Shown here: piece after piece, positions 57,201 to 64,000 of the stretch
Position numbering within the stretch: position 1 is the stretch's first letter
Layout of the letters: each line of letters opens with the position of its first letter
Assembly (NCBI GenBank): GCA_016845065.1
Contig: JAERTG010000100.1
Span: forward strand, 107,360-171,359
From: Fidelibacterota bacterium
Lineage (GTDB): Bacteria; Fidelibacterota; UBA8477; JABMPR01
Direction of reading: 5' to 3'
DNA: 64,000 bases
Notes under the pieces: generated by a model
What the model was told of the DNA's origin: nothing
The model's input: the letters and a program-made list of their open reading frames with translations, nothing else
Database searches by the model: none
Position numbers and translations under genes: made by a program

Positions 57201-59096
57201 ATTGAAGGCTGGGTCAGTAGCACGATATATGCGATAGCCCTCAAAATCATTTCCATAGATGGGATCCAGACTGTATTCGGCCTTATCATCCCAATATAGG
57301 GTGACCTGCCCATCTCCAGGAACCACGGTGAGTTTTGGGAGGTTTGGTGGTTTAGCAAAATTATAGTCACTATTGTAAATCTGCTGCATGGTCTCAGAAT
57401 TACGCAAGATATCCTCATAATCATTTCCGAATATGAGTGCTACAGCAAATTTTCGTTCCTCTTGCTGGGGAAGCTCAAAGTAGGCTGATCCATACATGAA
57501 GGTTAGATCAACAGTTTGGGAAATATCTGTAAAAGACCCTGGTGATAGTTGTTCCCAGGCATTTGCATCACGGGTAAGATCAATACCCGGGTATGGACCG
57601 GCTGTAAAACTTGTGAGACCAATCTGGTCAGATTCATCATTATCTGTGTATTCAAAATTTGGCTCACCTGGATCGGGTACGCCATTTCCTTCGGTTCCAT
57701 CTGCATCAGGACCTAGATATTCACCGAAATTCGGTCCAACACCATCAGAACCTGTATCATCCACATAGGGGTCCCAATCACCATCATTGTCAATCCCATC
57801 ATCTTGACTTTCGTCAATCATTCCGTCTTCATCATTATCACGACTATCCAGGGGGTTTCCTGGTGATTCGAGATATTTCCAACCAAAATATGCTGGAACA
57901 TATCCACCATCATTTACGGTCCAAAGGTCATGATCCCACTGATAAACAATGTCATTTACGGTATCAAACCAGGCATCATCATCCCGTTGATCTCCATCAT
58001 CACCAACATCAGCATCCCCATACATGCCAAAGATGAATTTTTGATAATCCCAGGAACTGATATTCTGGATCCAGTAGGTAAAAATCAAAATATCTTCTGC
58101 AGCTGGATGTGCCCATTGATAACCTCTTGCAGAGACATCTACACCGAGACCTCTTTTAAGACCATCATAGATGTAATAGTCCATATCCTGATCTGAAGTG
58201 TTGGCACGACCAGCAAACGTTTTGATCAGGATTTGGTTATCGTTTATAATTTCTTCGATTTCATACCACTTATCATCAAGAACCCGAACTACATCCGGGC
58301 GTCGTCCATCTCTTGGATCAATTGCGTCTGATCGAGCAACATCCCGTACCAGACCATCAAATGTGGTATTCATATCCGTAAGGATAGCATAATCATTGGA
58401 GTCAGAATTGGCCAATTGAACAATACTTCCAGAATGAAGCACAGTATCTACCAGGATGGGATAGTGTTTAAATTCATCATTGTTAAAGTCATCCATGTGG
58501 AAGTAGCTTTCCTGATCTGCGCGACTGTACTGACCGTACTGACCGGCCCATCTGTTATCCCATTCAGAGGAAAGGTTTGCCCAACTATCGGGCCATGAAA
58601 GACTATCGTCACTCATTGCTATGAGTGAATCATTTGTATTCGCATATCCCAGTCTCGGTTCAAACTGCCAGAGATAGTCATCTGATGTTGGCTTGTCGAT
58701 GGAGCTTGAGGGCATTCCCTCACTGACAATATGCAGTGGAGCACCGTTGGCATTTGGGGTTTCTGCAGCCACGAGTGGTGAGAATTCTGCAAGGTATGAA
58801 CGTCCGCTACCAATAGGATAGATACCACAATCATATCTTCCTGGTGAGTTTCTCCAATCCGCGATGGATCCATAATTTGTGAATCTCGTGAGAATTTTAT
58901 TGCCATTGTGTACACCAAGCCTGCGATTACCATGTCCATTGGCGTCAGTACCCAGGGTACCCACTTTTCTCAATATATTTGGTTTGGGATGAATGTTTTT
59001 ATCTGAGCTCGCTGCTTCCAGGACAAAGGGAACTGCCAGGAAGACCACCATCAGTATTATAGTCTTATTGATTTTCATTGCTAGCCCTTGACTCAT
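54294..59096 (-). CDS. Giant secreted T9SS cargo protein (1600 aa): Asp-rich Ca-binding repeats, FN3-like domain, Cys-bracketed D-rich module, Reg_prop-type beta-propeller repeats, variant C-terminal sorting domain
   Basis: Signal peptide. TSP3-like DxDxDG repeats (DNDEDGMIDESQDDGIDNDGDWDP...) at about aa 360-495. FN3-like block at about aa 585-705. A GSDGCND...PCSETELNLGGDPNQDNWNELTNPNG module at about aa 905-980. Two-component-regulator-propeller-like repeats at about aa 1140-1490. C-terminal domain VVPNPYVVTASWEP...ISIYTLSGKFV...AYGVYLYHVE...KFAVIK. Confidence 0.8.
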   Translation of the reverse strand: MSQGLAMKINKTIILMVVFLAVPFVLEAASSDKNIHPKPNILRKVGTLGTDANGHGNRRLGVHNGNKILTRFTNYGSIADWRNSPGRYDCGIYPIGSGRSYLAEFSPLVAAETPNANGAPLHIVSEGMPSSSIDKPTSDDYLWQFEPRLGYANTNDSLIAMSDDSLSWPDSWANLSSEWDNRWAGQYGQYSRADQESYFHMDDFNNDEFKHYPILVDTVLHSGSIVQLANSDSNDYAILTDMNTTFDGLVRDVARSDAIDPRDGRRPDVVRVLDDKWYEIEEIINDNQILIKTFAGRANTSDQDMDYYIYDGLKRGLGVDVSARGYQWAHPAAEDILIFTYWIQNISSWDYQKFIFGMYGDADVGDDGDQRDDDAWFDTVNDIVYQWDHDLWTVNDGGYVPAYFGWKYLESPGNPLDSRDNDEDGMIDESQDDGIDNDGDWDPYVDDTGSDGVGPNFGEYLGPDADGTEGNGVPDPGEPNFEYTDNDESDQIGLTSFTAGPYPGIDLTRDANAWEQLSPGSFTDISQTVDLTFMYGSAYFELPQQEERKFAVALIFGNDYEDILRNSETMQQIYNSDYNFAKPPNLPKLTVVPGDGQVTLYWDDKAEYSLDPIYGNDFEGYRIYRATDPAFNEVWNITDTYGNQTFNKPIAQFDKADGLVGPHPYGLNGIHLDMGTDTGIRHSWTDTTVNNGQTYYYAVVAYDYGFDYDFYDRGISEIELRPPITPSECTKKIEINASGIPVKFGINTGVAVPNAPAMAYLPPEIVADAATTLGTGSLEIEVVDPSKIRNMDQYQITFRDWSEDGIDNDGDWRTWTDDSTTITLNSTLEMMIPPNSDTLIFTLPGAHLFQGITESTTNFIFNGFNFITSFVDTQTVTVDDSTYLQYFVEIPDTTFTLYPTLGLWDGWEEIYDDLGSDGCNDAFETGDPLNPCSETELNLGGDPNQDNWNELTNPNGTQANAMPDAGEPHFDANDVDEVPRHTSSYQLTNLTTGNVLLSDQTNFSGEGRGMVTEGFKINVTNDVIALNEQETGWMRTGLNYEINLYPERHNNVDLKLVPFDYQLTINPTVTDTSIYLNKRMAFSMRDLTNDLPVRLIAQTLSDTTLRPGSVIYPTILAGGEDRVTWKMVSQSKVGNVNRIAQWDDFTVFATASQGLGLYDGETWGNIKDDAGLLTNNVLDISYNISGNIMVGSTGGLSVHNQYGWQNYQIDLVVDADNSEGVKNEYLQFHRVLEDKNGILWSISSKGIFRWDWHQTQIGEIWGVNAITSVNFNNGEFNTISGDSVMTGVLQNASTELISLDDGTIVVGTQSEGIEFYQPSNTSFWYLNKTNSNLPTDKIISLATNQAELFIGTKDKGLVIYNFALDSVTYANKDSILDRKVNDLIVASDGKVHLVTKKGYNVIDFNGVDTVYSAYTKDDVAAFGTNLLQCINQTDDGAIWIGTENSVARLKDGVWDNWAPEPGDQFIVKSRKPFSAHDVLTFSATGGDIDVNAPSSLLEDISVVPNPYVVTASWEPQHLYDSGRGVRKIDFINLPPECTISIYTLSGKFVNSINHNAEIWDGAESWNLLSRDGLEIAYGVYLYHVEAPGIGNHVSKFAVIK

Positions 59097-62000
59097 ATTG
59101 AAGTTGAGAAACCGATTCGAATCTGTCTAGGAGACGAATAGTAGCTCGGTCTGTTTAAATATTCTTCAATCGTATTGTAATTCCAGCCAGGATCCTGGGT
59201 AGTATAGGTTGGAATAAGTGAATACCCAGAGCGACCTGTATCCGAATAAACAGAGACTTCGTTTCTTATATCGAGAAGGTTATAAACATTGGCCGTAAAT
59301 CCTATTTCTCGACCTAGCAGCATAAACTTCTTGGAGATTCTCATATCTACGTTGATTTGGGTTGGTCGACGACCGCTGTTCTCGAAGCTACCTCCCACCA
59401 GATTCAATGAAGTCGGGGTATAAGGTAATCCAGATCCATACTCACCAATGAAACTGAGGTTGACCTTATATGGTAGTTTAAACAAAACAGAGCCATTGAG
59501 TGTGTGCCGTTGATCCCAATCCAGATAGACTAATTGCTTCTCTGTATCACGATTATTCTGAGCATCCCAAAATGCAGATCTTGGGTCAGAGGCATTACCT
59601 TCAGCTACACTGTAGGTATAGTCCAGGTTAGCTGAAAATCCTTGTGAGAGTCTTTTTGTCAAGGAAACGGTAATTCCCTTTACGTTTCCATAATCACGGT
59701 TGACATAAACTCCATATACCTCATTAGTGTAGGTCGTGACAATCTTTGAACCCAATAAATTACTGATATCCTTGTAGAATCCAGTTACATCTACACCTAT
59801 ATCCTCTCCAAACTGCTGCTGAAACCCAACCTCGTACTGGACGGTCTTTTGAGGTTCCAGGTCTGCATTACCCATAGTAGCAGAAGCAATGCTCCCTCCT
59901 GCCGGCACTTCGAAATCAGGATTTATATAGAGATAGGTATAACTCGGTATTTGGAAGAAGTGGCCATAGGAGAAGTGCAAGACACCCTTATCGGTGATTG
60001 GATAGGCCATGGCCAGTCGAGGACTGAATTGTACCTTCTTGGAAGCCTCCTTGAACCAGTACTCCATGCGATCTTCCAGAGTTTTTGCGTTAGTATCAAC
60101 CGCTTCATCCTCTGAAATCTGACCATTCCCGTCTATATCATGAAATCTGTTAACCAATTTAAGGGGTGATTTCGGATTAGGATCTGATGGATCCGAAGGT
60201 GTCACACCATCTGGATCAAATATTTCGTATCTCAACCCTGCATTCACTATCATATCCACAACTTCGATCTTATCCTGGAGATAAACTGCAAACTCAGAAG
60301 GATTCTTGACCATCTCACTATATGTTGGTGTTGTGGGGCTTACATCGGGTGTAAGAATTTGCGGTGTGAAATATCCTTCGGCTGGATCGTAAATGATGGA
60401 AAAGTCCCTTCGAAAGATGCTGGTGTATTTGTATTCAAGACCACCTTGCAGCTGATGCATTTTATTTATCTGGTTGGTCATATCAAATTTGATCAATTGA
60501 CTACGTGTCATCCGATACAGGTGGTATTTAGAGATACCACCCAGGTTGAATTTCTGACCGACTGAGGCATCAAGAATATTGTTGTCATTCTCATAGTCCT
60601 CAAGATTGTTGGAATCATAAGCAGTATCTGCAGGCATATCAAAATCGGAGATATTGAACATGTTCGACATAAATATCTGATTCCAATTGACATCATAAAT
60701 GGGTTCATAATAGGATCGACCCAAATTCCCAAGAATTGACGCCTTGACACTATAGAAGGCCTCGGGGCTGAGTGTATGTTGTAGAACAAGACCTATATTC
60801 ATATTGGTCCCATAAGAAGTCGCTCGTCCCTCGGGCGTATATTTCCAGTTTAGCGAACTACTGTTGTAAGTTTCTGAACTTCCGTAAAGAACATTGAGAG
60901 AGAGTTTTAATTGTTGTGTGAAGCGATGTGTAAGTTTTCCCTGAAGGTTAAGACTCTTTGAGTTATATAGTGGCACTACGGCGTTGTCACCGCGCATATT
61001 CGTCCATTCCCCGTCCTGGTCCCCATCTATGTACCATTCACCACTCAAAGCGCCATTGCCATCCAGATCTTCGTAGGTTACCTCAGGAAAACCAACATCT
61101 GTATCGACGTCTGAATCCCATTCTCCATTGCCATTGTTATCTCGATACCAGGTGCCAGTGGCATTATCGAGGAATACATCTGGGTCGATGGGATAAACAC
61201 GATCACCACCATCCCATAGACCGTTTCCTGATTCACCACCATCTCTGATGTTATTGCCTTCTCCACCATTGGGATTGAGATAGAAGTCCCAATTATCTCC
61301 ATTGGGATCATCACCCAGGTTTAAGGGTACACTGGAGCAGCCTCCTGTTCCATTTTCATATTCATCGGGACAACCATCCTCACCATAATCGATATAATCA
61401 GAGAAATATTCACCATTTTCAATGGGCATGGAATTGGTGTTATCCCAGTAAAAAGAATCAGTATTAAATCGTCGCACACCATATAGACGACCAGCCAGAT
61501 CTTCATACCTGCCTGAAGTAAAAAATGATGTCGTCTTTGCCAGTCCAGGCACCGGTCCACTCATACTCCACTGGAAATCATGTCTACCCTGGGGCGTAAA
61601 GACATCAGGATTGGTTCCAAAAATGTCTACTTTAGAAATGTCGAGATCATCTTTTAAAGCCAGATCTCCAGGAATAATACCAAGATATATTTCAGGATCT
61701 GGAGATATATAGCGACCATAGCGATAGCTCAGTTCACCGGAATAATCACTCAAACTTCCATCCTTGGTGATGATATTGATAATACCTGACATGGCCTGGC
61801 CATATTCAGCGTTGAATGTTCCTGAAATAACCTGTAGTTCCTGGATGGCATTGTTTTCAATACCAACACCCATATTCTGACCGTAGGAGTTTGTGACTGG
61901 GATACCATCAATCAGGTAAGCAACTTCAGAGGATCGTCCACCGCGGATATGAATTGCCCCAGAGCCATCGACAACCACACCAGCTTGCAATGAGACAGCA

Positions 62001-62440
62001 GCCTGGAATGATTCAACGGGTAATGCTTCTAGCTCTGCCGAACTAATGTTGGACTGGGCATGTGTAATATCAGCTTGTATCATGGACCGATCCGCTGTAA
62101 CAGTAACCACATCTCCCTCGATAATACTGAGTGTCATCTGGACATCCTGGGTCGTGGTCAAATCAACCATGATGCGGATACCATCAATCACTTGTTCTGA
62201 ATAGCCAATCATGGAACAGCGAAGTTGATACTCACCAGGGGCGATATTCAGGATATAGAAATTACCGTCCATATCCGTCGCTCCACCCTGACCGGTAGCC
62301 GGCAAGAATACATTTACTCCAATTAGGGCCTCACCTGTACTTAGATCGGTAACCCGACCTGTCAATTTTCCTGCAGTTCCTGAGAACAGAAATTGAGCCC
62401 CAATCAATAGAATTAGAGATATACGACATAGATTTTTCAT
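59093..62440 (-). CDS. TonB-dependent-receptor-like outer-membrane protein (CarboxypepD_reg domain, plug and barrel) with a large Asp-rich insertion
   Basis: N-terminal carboxypeptidase-regulatory-like domain (GKLTGRVTDLSTGEALIGVNVFL...DGNFYILNIAPGEYQL), TonB-box/plug region (VVTVTADR...IDGIPV) and a beta-barrel-like C-terminal body. Insertion at about aa 350-480 (GEDGCPDEYENGTGGCSSVPLNLGDDPNGDNWDFYLNPNG...). ATGA overlap with the downstream giant cargo gene. Confidence 0.75.
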   Translation of the reverse strand: MKNLCRISLILLIGAQFLFSGTAGKLTGRVTDLSTGEALIGVNVFLPATGQGGATDMDGNFYILNIAPGEYQLRCSMIGYSEQVIDGIRIMVDLTTTQDVQMTLSIIEGDVVTVTADRSMIQADITHAQSNISSAELEALPVESFQAAVSLQAGVVVDGSGAIHIRGGRSSEVAYLIDGIPVTNSYGQNMGVGIENNAIQELQVISGTFNAEYGQAMSGIINIITKDGSLSDYSGELSYRYGRYISPDPEIYLGIIPGDLALKDDLDISKVDIFGTNPDVFTPQGRHDFQWSMSGPVPGLAKTTSFFTSGRYEDLAGRLYGVRRFNTDSFYWDNTNSMPIENGEYFSDYIDYGEDGCPDEYENGTGGCSSVPLNLGDDPNGDNWDFYLNPNGGEGNNIRDGGESGNGLWDGGDRVYPIDPDVFLDNATGTWYRDNNGNGEWDSDVDTDVGFPEVTYEDLDGNGALSGEWYIDGDQDGEWTNMRGDNAVVPLYNSKSLNLQGKLTHRFTQQLKLSLNVLYGSSETYNSSSLNWKYTPEGRATSYGTNMNIGLVLQHTLSPEAFYSVKASILGNLGRSYYEPIYDVNWNQIFMSNMFNISDFDMPADTAYDSNNLEDYENDNNILDASVGQKFNLGGISKYHLYRMTRSQLIKFDMTNQINKMHQLQGGLEYKYTSIFRRDFSIIYDPAEGYFTPQILTPDVSPTTPTYSEMVKNPSEFAVYLQDKIEVVDMIVNAGLRYEIFDPDGVTPSDPSDPNPKSPLKLVNRFHDIDGNGQISEDEAVDTNAKTLEDRMEYWFKEASKKVQFSPRLAMAYPITDKGVLHFSYGHFFQIPSYTYLYINPDFEVPAGGSIASATMGNADLEPQKTVQYEVGFQQQFGEDIGVDVTGFYKDISNLLGSKIVTTYTNEVYGVYVNRDYGNVKGITVSLTKRLSQGFSANLDYTYSVAEGNASDPRSAFWDAQNNRDTEKQLVYLDWDQRHTLNGSVLFKLPYKVNLSFIGEYGSGLPYTPTSLNLVGGSFENSGRRPTQINVDMRISKKFMLLGREIGFTANVYNLLDIRNEVSVYSDTGRSGYSLIPTYTTQDPGWNYNTIEEYLNRPSYYSSPRQIRIGFSTSI

Positions 62441-62474
62441 ACTAGTCTCGCCTTAGTTGTTACTGTTAGCAGCG

Positions 62475-62502
62475 TATATAAATAATTAAGGCACCTCTTC
62501 AA
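62475..62502 (-). promoter_or_regulatory. Candidate sigma70-like promoter for the TBDR-cargo operon (TTGAAG - 16 nt - TATATA)
   Basis: On the minus strand the -35-like TTGAAG maps to plus 62497-62502 and the -10-like TATATA to plus 62475-62480, about 35 nt upstream of the ATG at 62440. Weak evidence. Confidence 0.25.
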
Positions 62503-62568
62503 TATCCGCGGATACCTAAAAGATGCCTTGACTACTACTTACCTATAGTGAGGTAATCCCCTTAGGCA

Positions 62569-63615
62569 TTAAAAATACAAGCTTAGATTAAATCTTTGGA
62601 CATTGTTCAGACGCCCAAAATCAGCATAAGCATAGTCAAATCGTAATCCTGAGGCAGATCCAAATATGGGCAGATCAAATCCTGCTCCGAATGTGAAACC
62701 TTCCTCGCGAGCTTCAAGGTCAGAGGCTGCAAGACTGGTGTTGGTCTCAACAAAGGGTGATTTCCAACCCCCTCTTAGAAAGTATTTATCCAATATATTG
62801 AGCTCAGTACCGATATTGATTGATTCATAATTGTCATTTGGATGAATAGCATCTACTGCCAATGTCAATTTGGTAACGCCAACTTCAATCACATCCATGG
62901 CAACACCCACACGAAAGATGAGTGGTAAATCCCAGTCATCCAGTGCATAATCAACTGGAATAGCATCATTATTGCCTTCAAAGCCAGGTGCGGGGTCATA
63001 ACGTTCCAGAATATCCCGGCCGGACATCCTTAAACTCGATCCATAATTGGATATACTCATTCCGAGACGCATATCATTGAACTGGGTCCTGAACAGGGTA
63101 CCTACATCTACAGCCATAGCGCTAGCCCGGCTATGCCAGATGGTCTGCTGTATATATTTACCATTAAATCCAATCGAAAAACGATCTGTGAGTGATCTTG
63201 CCAGAGTTACCTGAAGCGCTAAATCGCTGGCAGTAAATTCCTCACCGGTTCCGTTGGGTTCCAGTTCAGTTGTCACAGGCATATCATCCATTGTTAAGGA
63301 GGTAACACTCAGACCAACAGTACCAATCCCATATAGAGGAAAAATAACACCCATGTAGTTGATGGCCACATCAGCAATCCAATTGTTCCGAAGGAACATG
63401 ATCTCGCCACCACCAGCCTGAGCAATACCAGCTGGGTTCCAATAGAGTCCTGAAGCATCGCGGCTCATGGCGACATATGCCTCACCCATACCAGTAGCTC
63501 GGCTACCAATACCTATTTTGAGAAATTGTGCTGCAGTCGTACCACCCTTGTATTGTCCAAAGCTCATTGAAACAGCGATTACAAGGAGCATGATCATTTT
63601 CTTCTGCATGGTCAA
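62569..63615 (-). CDS. PorV/PorQ-family (FadL-like) outer-membrane beta-barrel protein, copy A
   Basis: After the signal peptide: GGTTAAQFLKIGIGSRATGMGEAYVAMSRDASGLYWNPAGIA, plus a C-terminal FNLSLYF. Paralogous to 53244..54284 at roughly 40-45% identity by eye. Starts 5 nt after the stop of the upstream partial giant-protein gene. Confidence 0.6.
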   Translation of the reverse strand: MTMQKKMIMLLVIAVSMSFGQYKGGTTAAQFLKIGIGSRATGMGEAYVAMSRDASGLYWNPAGIAQAGGGEIMFLRNNWIADVAINYMGVIFPLYGIGTVGLSVTSLTMDDMPVTTELEPNGTGEEFTASDLALQVTLARSLTDRFSIGFNGKYIQQTIWHSRASAMAVDVGTLFRTQFNDMRLGMSISNYGSSLRMSGRDILERYDPAPGFEGNNDAIPVDYALDDWDLPLIFRVGVAMDVIEVGVTKLTLAVDAIHPNDNYESINIGTELNILDKYFLRGGWKSPFVETNTSLAASDLEAREEGFTFGAGFDLPIFGSASGLRFDYAYADFGRLNNVQRFNLSLYF

Positions 63616-63620
63616 TCTCC

Positions 63621-64000
63621 TTATTTAATCACGGCAAATTTGCCGATGGTTTCTGCGTTATCGGTTTCAACGTGATATATGTAAACACCATAGGCAACCT
63701 CCAGGTTATCCAGGTTCAATAGGTCCCAGGATTGAGCACCGTTATAGACAGACTCATGGTGTTCCAATTTTCTAACCAACTCGCCAGCCATGGTATAAAT
63801 CCGGATTGTACAGTCTGTGGGGAGGTTGATAAAATAGATCTTACGTTCTCCTCGTCCTGACTGCAAATATGGCTTTTGTTCCCAGATGGCGGCTGCCACA
63901 TAGGGATTTGGCACGACGGAAACTTTGTGAAGCTCGTTGGCAACTTTTTCAGCATCTTCTTTTGCAGCTGTGGTCTCATATCTGTAGACATCCCGGGAGC
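63621..64000 (-). CDS. C-terminal end of a second giant T9SS cargo protein (partial; continues beyond window)
   Basis: The reading frame is open to the window edge (...EDAEKVANELHKVSVVPNPYVAAAIWEQKPYLQSGRGERKIYFINLPTDCTIRIYTMAGELV...AYGVYIYHVE...KFAVIK). This C-terminal domain is clearly homologous to the CTD of the 1600 aa protein (54294..54600). Confidence 0.7.
   Translation of the reverse strand, partial: SRDVYRYETTAAKEDAEKVANELHKVSVVPNPYVAAAIWEQKPYLQSGRGERKIYFINLPTDCTIRIYTMAGELVRKLEHHESVYNGAQSWDLLNLDNLEVAYGVYIYHVETDNAETIGKFAVIK

Noticed and set aside
57659-58036. Plus-strand His-rich ORF (125 aa, many HH runs) resembling a metal-binding protein
   Set aside because: Antisense reading of the Asp-rich (GAT/GAC) Ca-binding repeat region of the giant cargo gene. 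Not a separate gene.
1-64000. CRISPR arrays, transposases, integrases and prophage genes
   Set aside because: No regularly spaced direct repeats were seen. No ORF showed DDE-transposase, tyrosine/serine recombinase or phage structural motifs.

Overview
This is a gene-dense bacterial chromosomal segment of about 41% GC, with almost all genes on the minus strand. Roughly the first 46.5 kb is core housekeeping sequence. It holds pdxS, ispH, a DHH phosphoesterase, gpsA and an acyl-CoA synthetase. It then carries a notable run of DNA-uptake and recombination genes: comEC, recX, recA, thpR, cinA, pgpA, pgsA, recR, ybaB, dnaX and an unannotated SRP RNA, followed by dprA, obg, hutH and a DinG helicase with an exonuclease domain. 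After these come a flavoprotein/ferredoxin pair, an NSS transporter, ridA, lysA, an orphan gcvPB, alaS, lepB, ggt, an RNase HII-YraN fusion, trxA and a Na/Pi cotransporter coupled to a CYTH protein. There are two tRNA-Leu genes (anticodons CAA and CAG). Each is hidden under or beside spurious ORFs in the six-frame track. A near-consensus sigma70-type promoter (TTGACA-17-TATCAT) precedes tRNA-Leu(CAA). Immediately after tRNA-Leu(CAG), from about 46.6 kb to the window end, the content switches to an accessory-looking locus of at least 17 kb. It is translationally coupled, codes for secreted and outer-membrane proteins, and is linked to type IX secretion (T9SS). It contains two diverged tandem copies of a module made of a giant calcium-binding/beta-propeller cargo protein ending in a variant C-terminal sorting domain (...KFAVIK) followed by its own PorV/PorQ-family (FadL-like) outer-membrane barrel. 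One copy runs off the window edge. Between the copies sits a TonB-dependent-receptor-like barrel of 1115 aa that shares a Cys-bracketed Asp-rich insertion module with the cargo. Downstream are an M23/LytM peptidase with FN3 and a canonical T9SS C-terminal domain, two secreted hypotheticals of about 390 aa, and a TolB-like PD40 lipoprotein. This cargo-plus-dedicated-PorV-like arrangement is the most likely candidate for an undescribed system. No CRISPR array, transposase or integrase was seen. All functional calls rest on protein motif recognition by eye, since no searches were possible.
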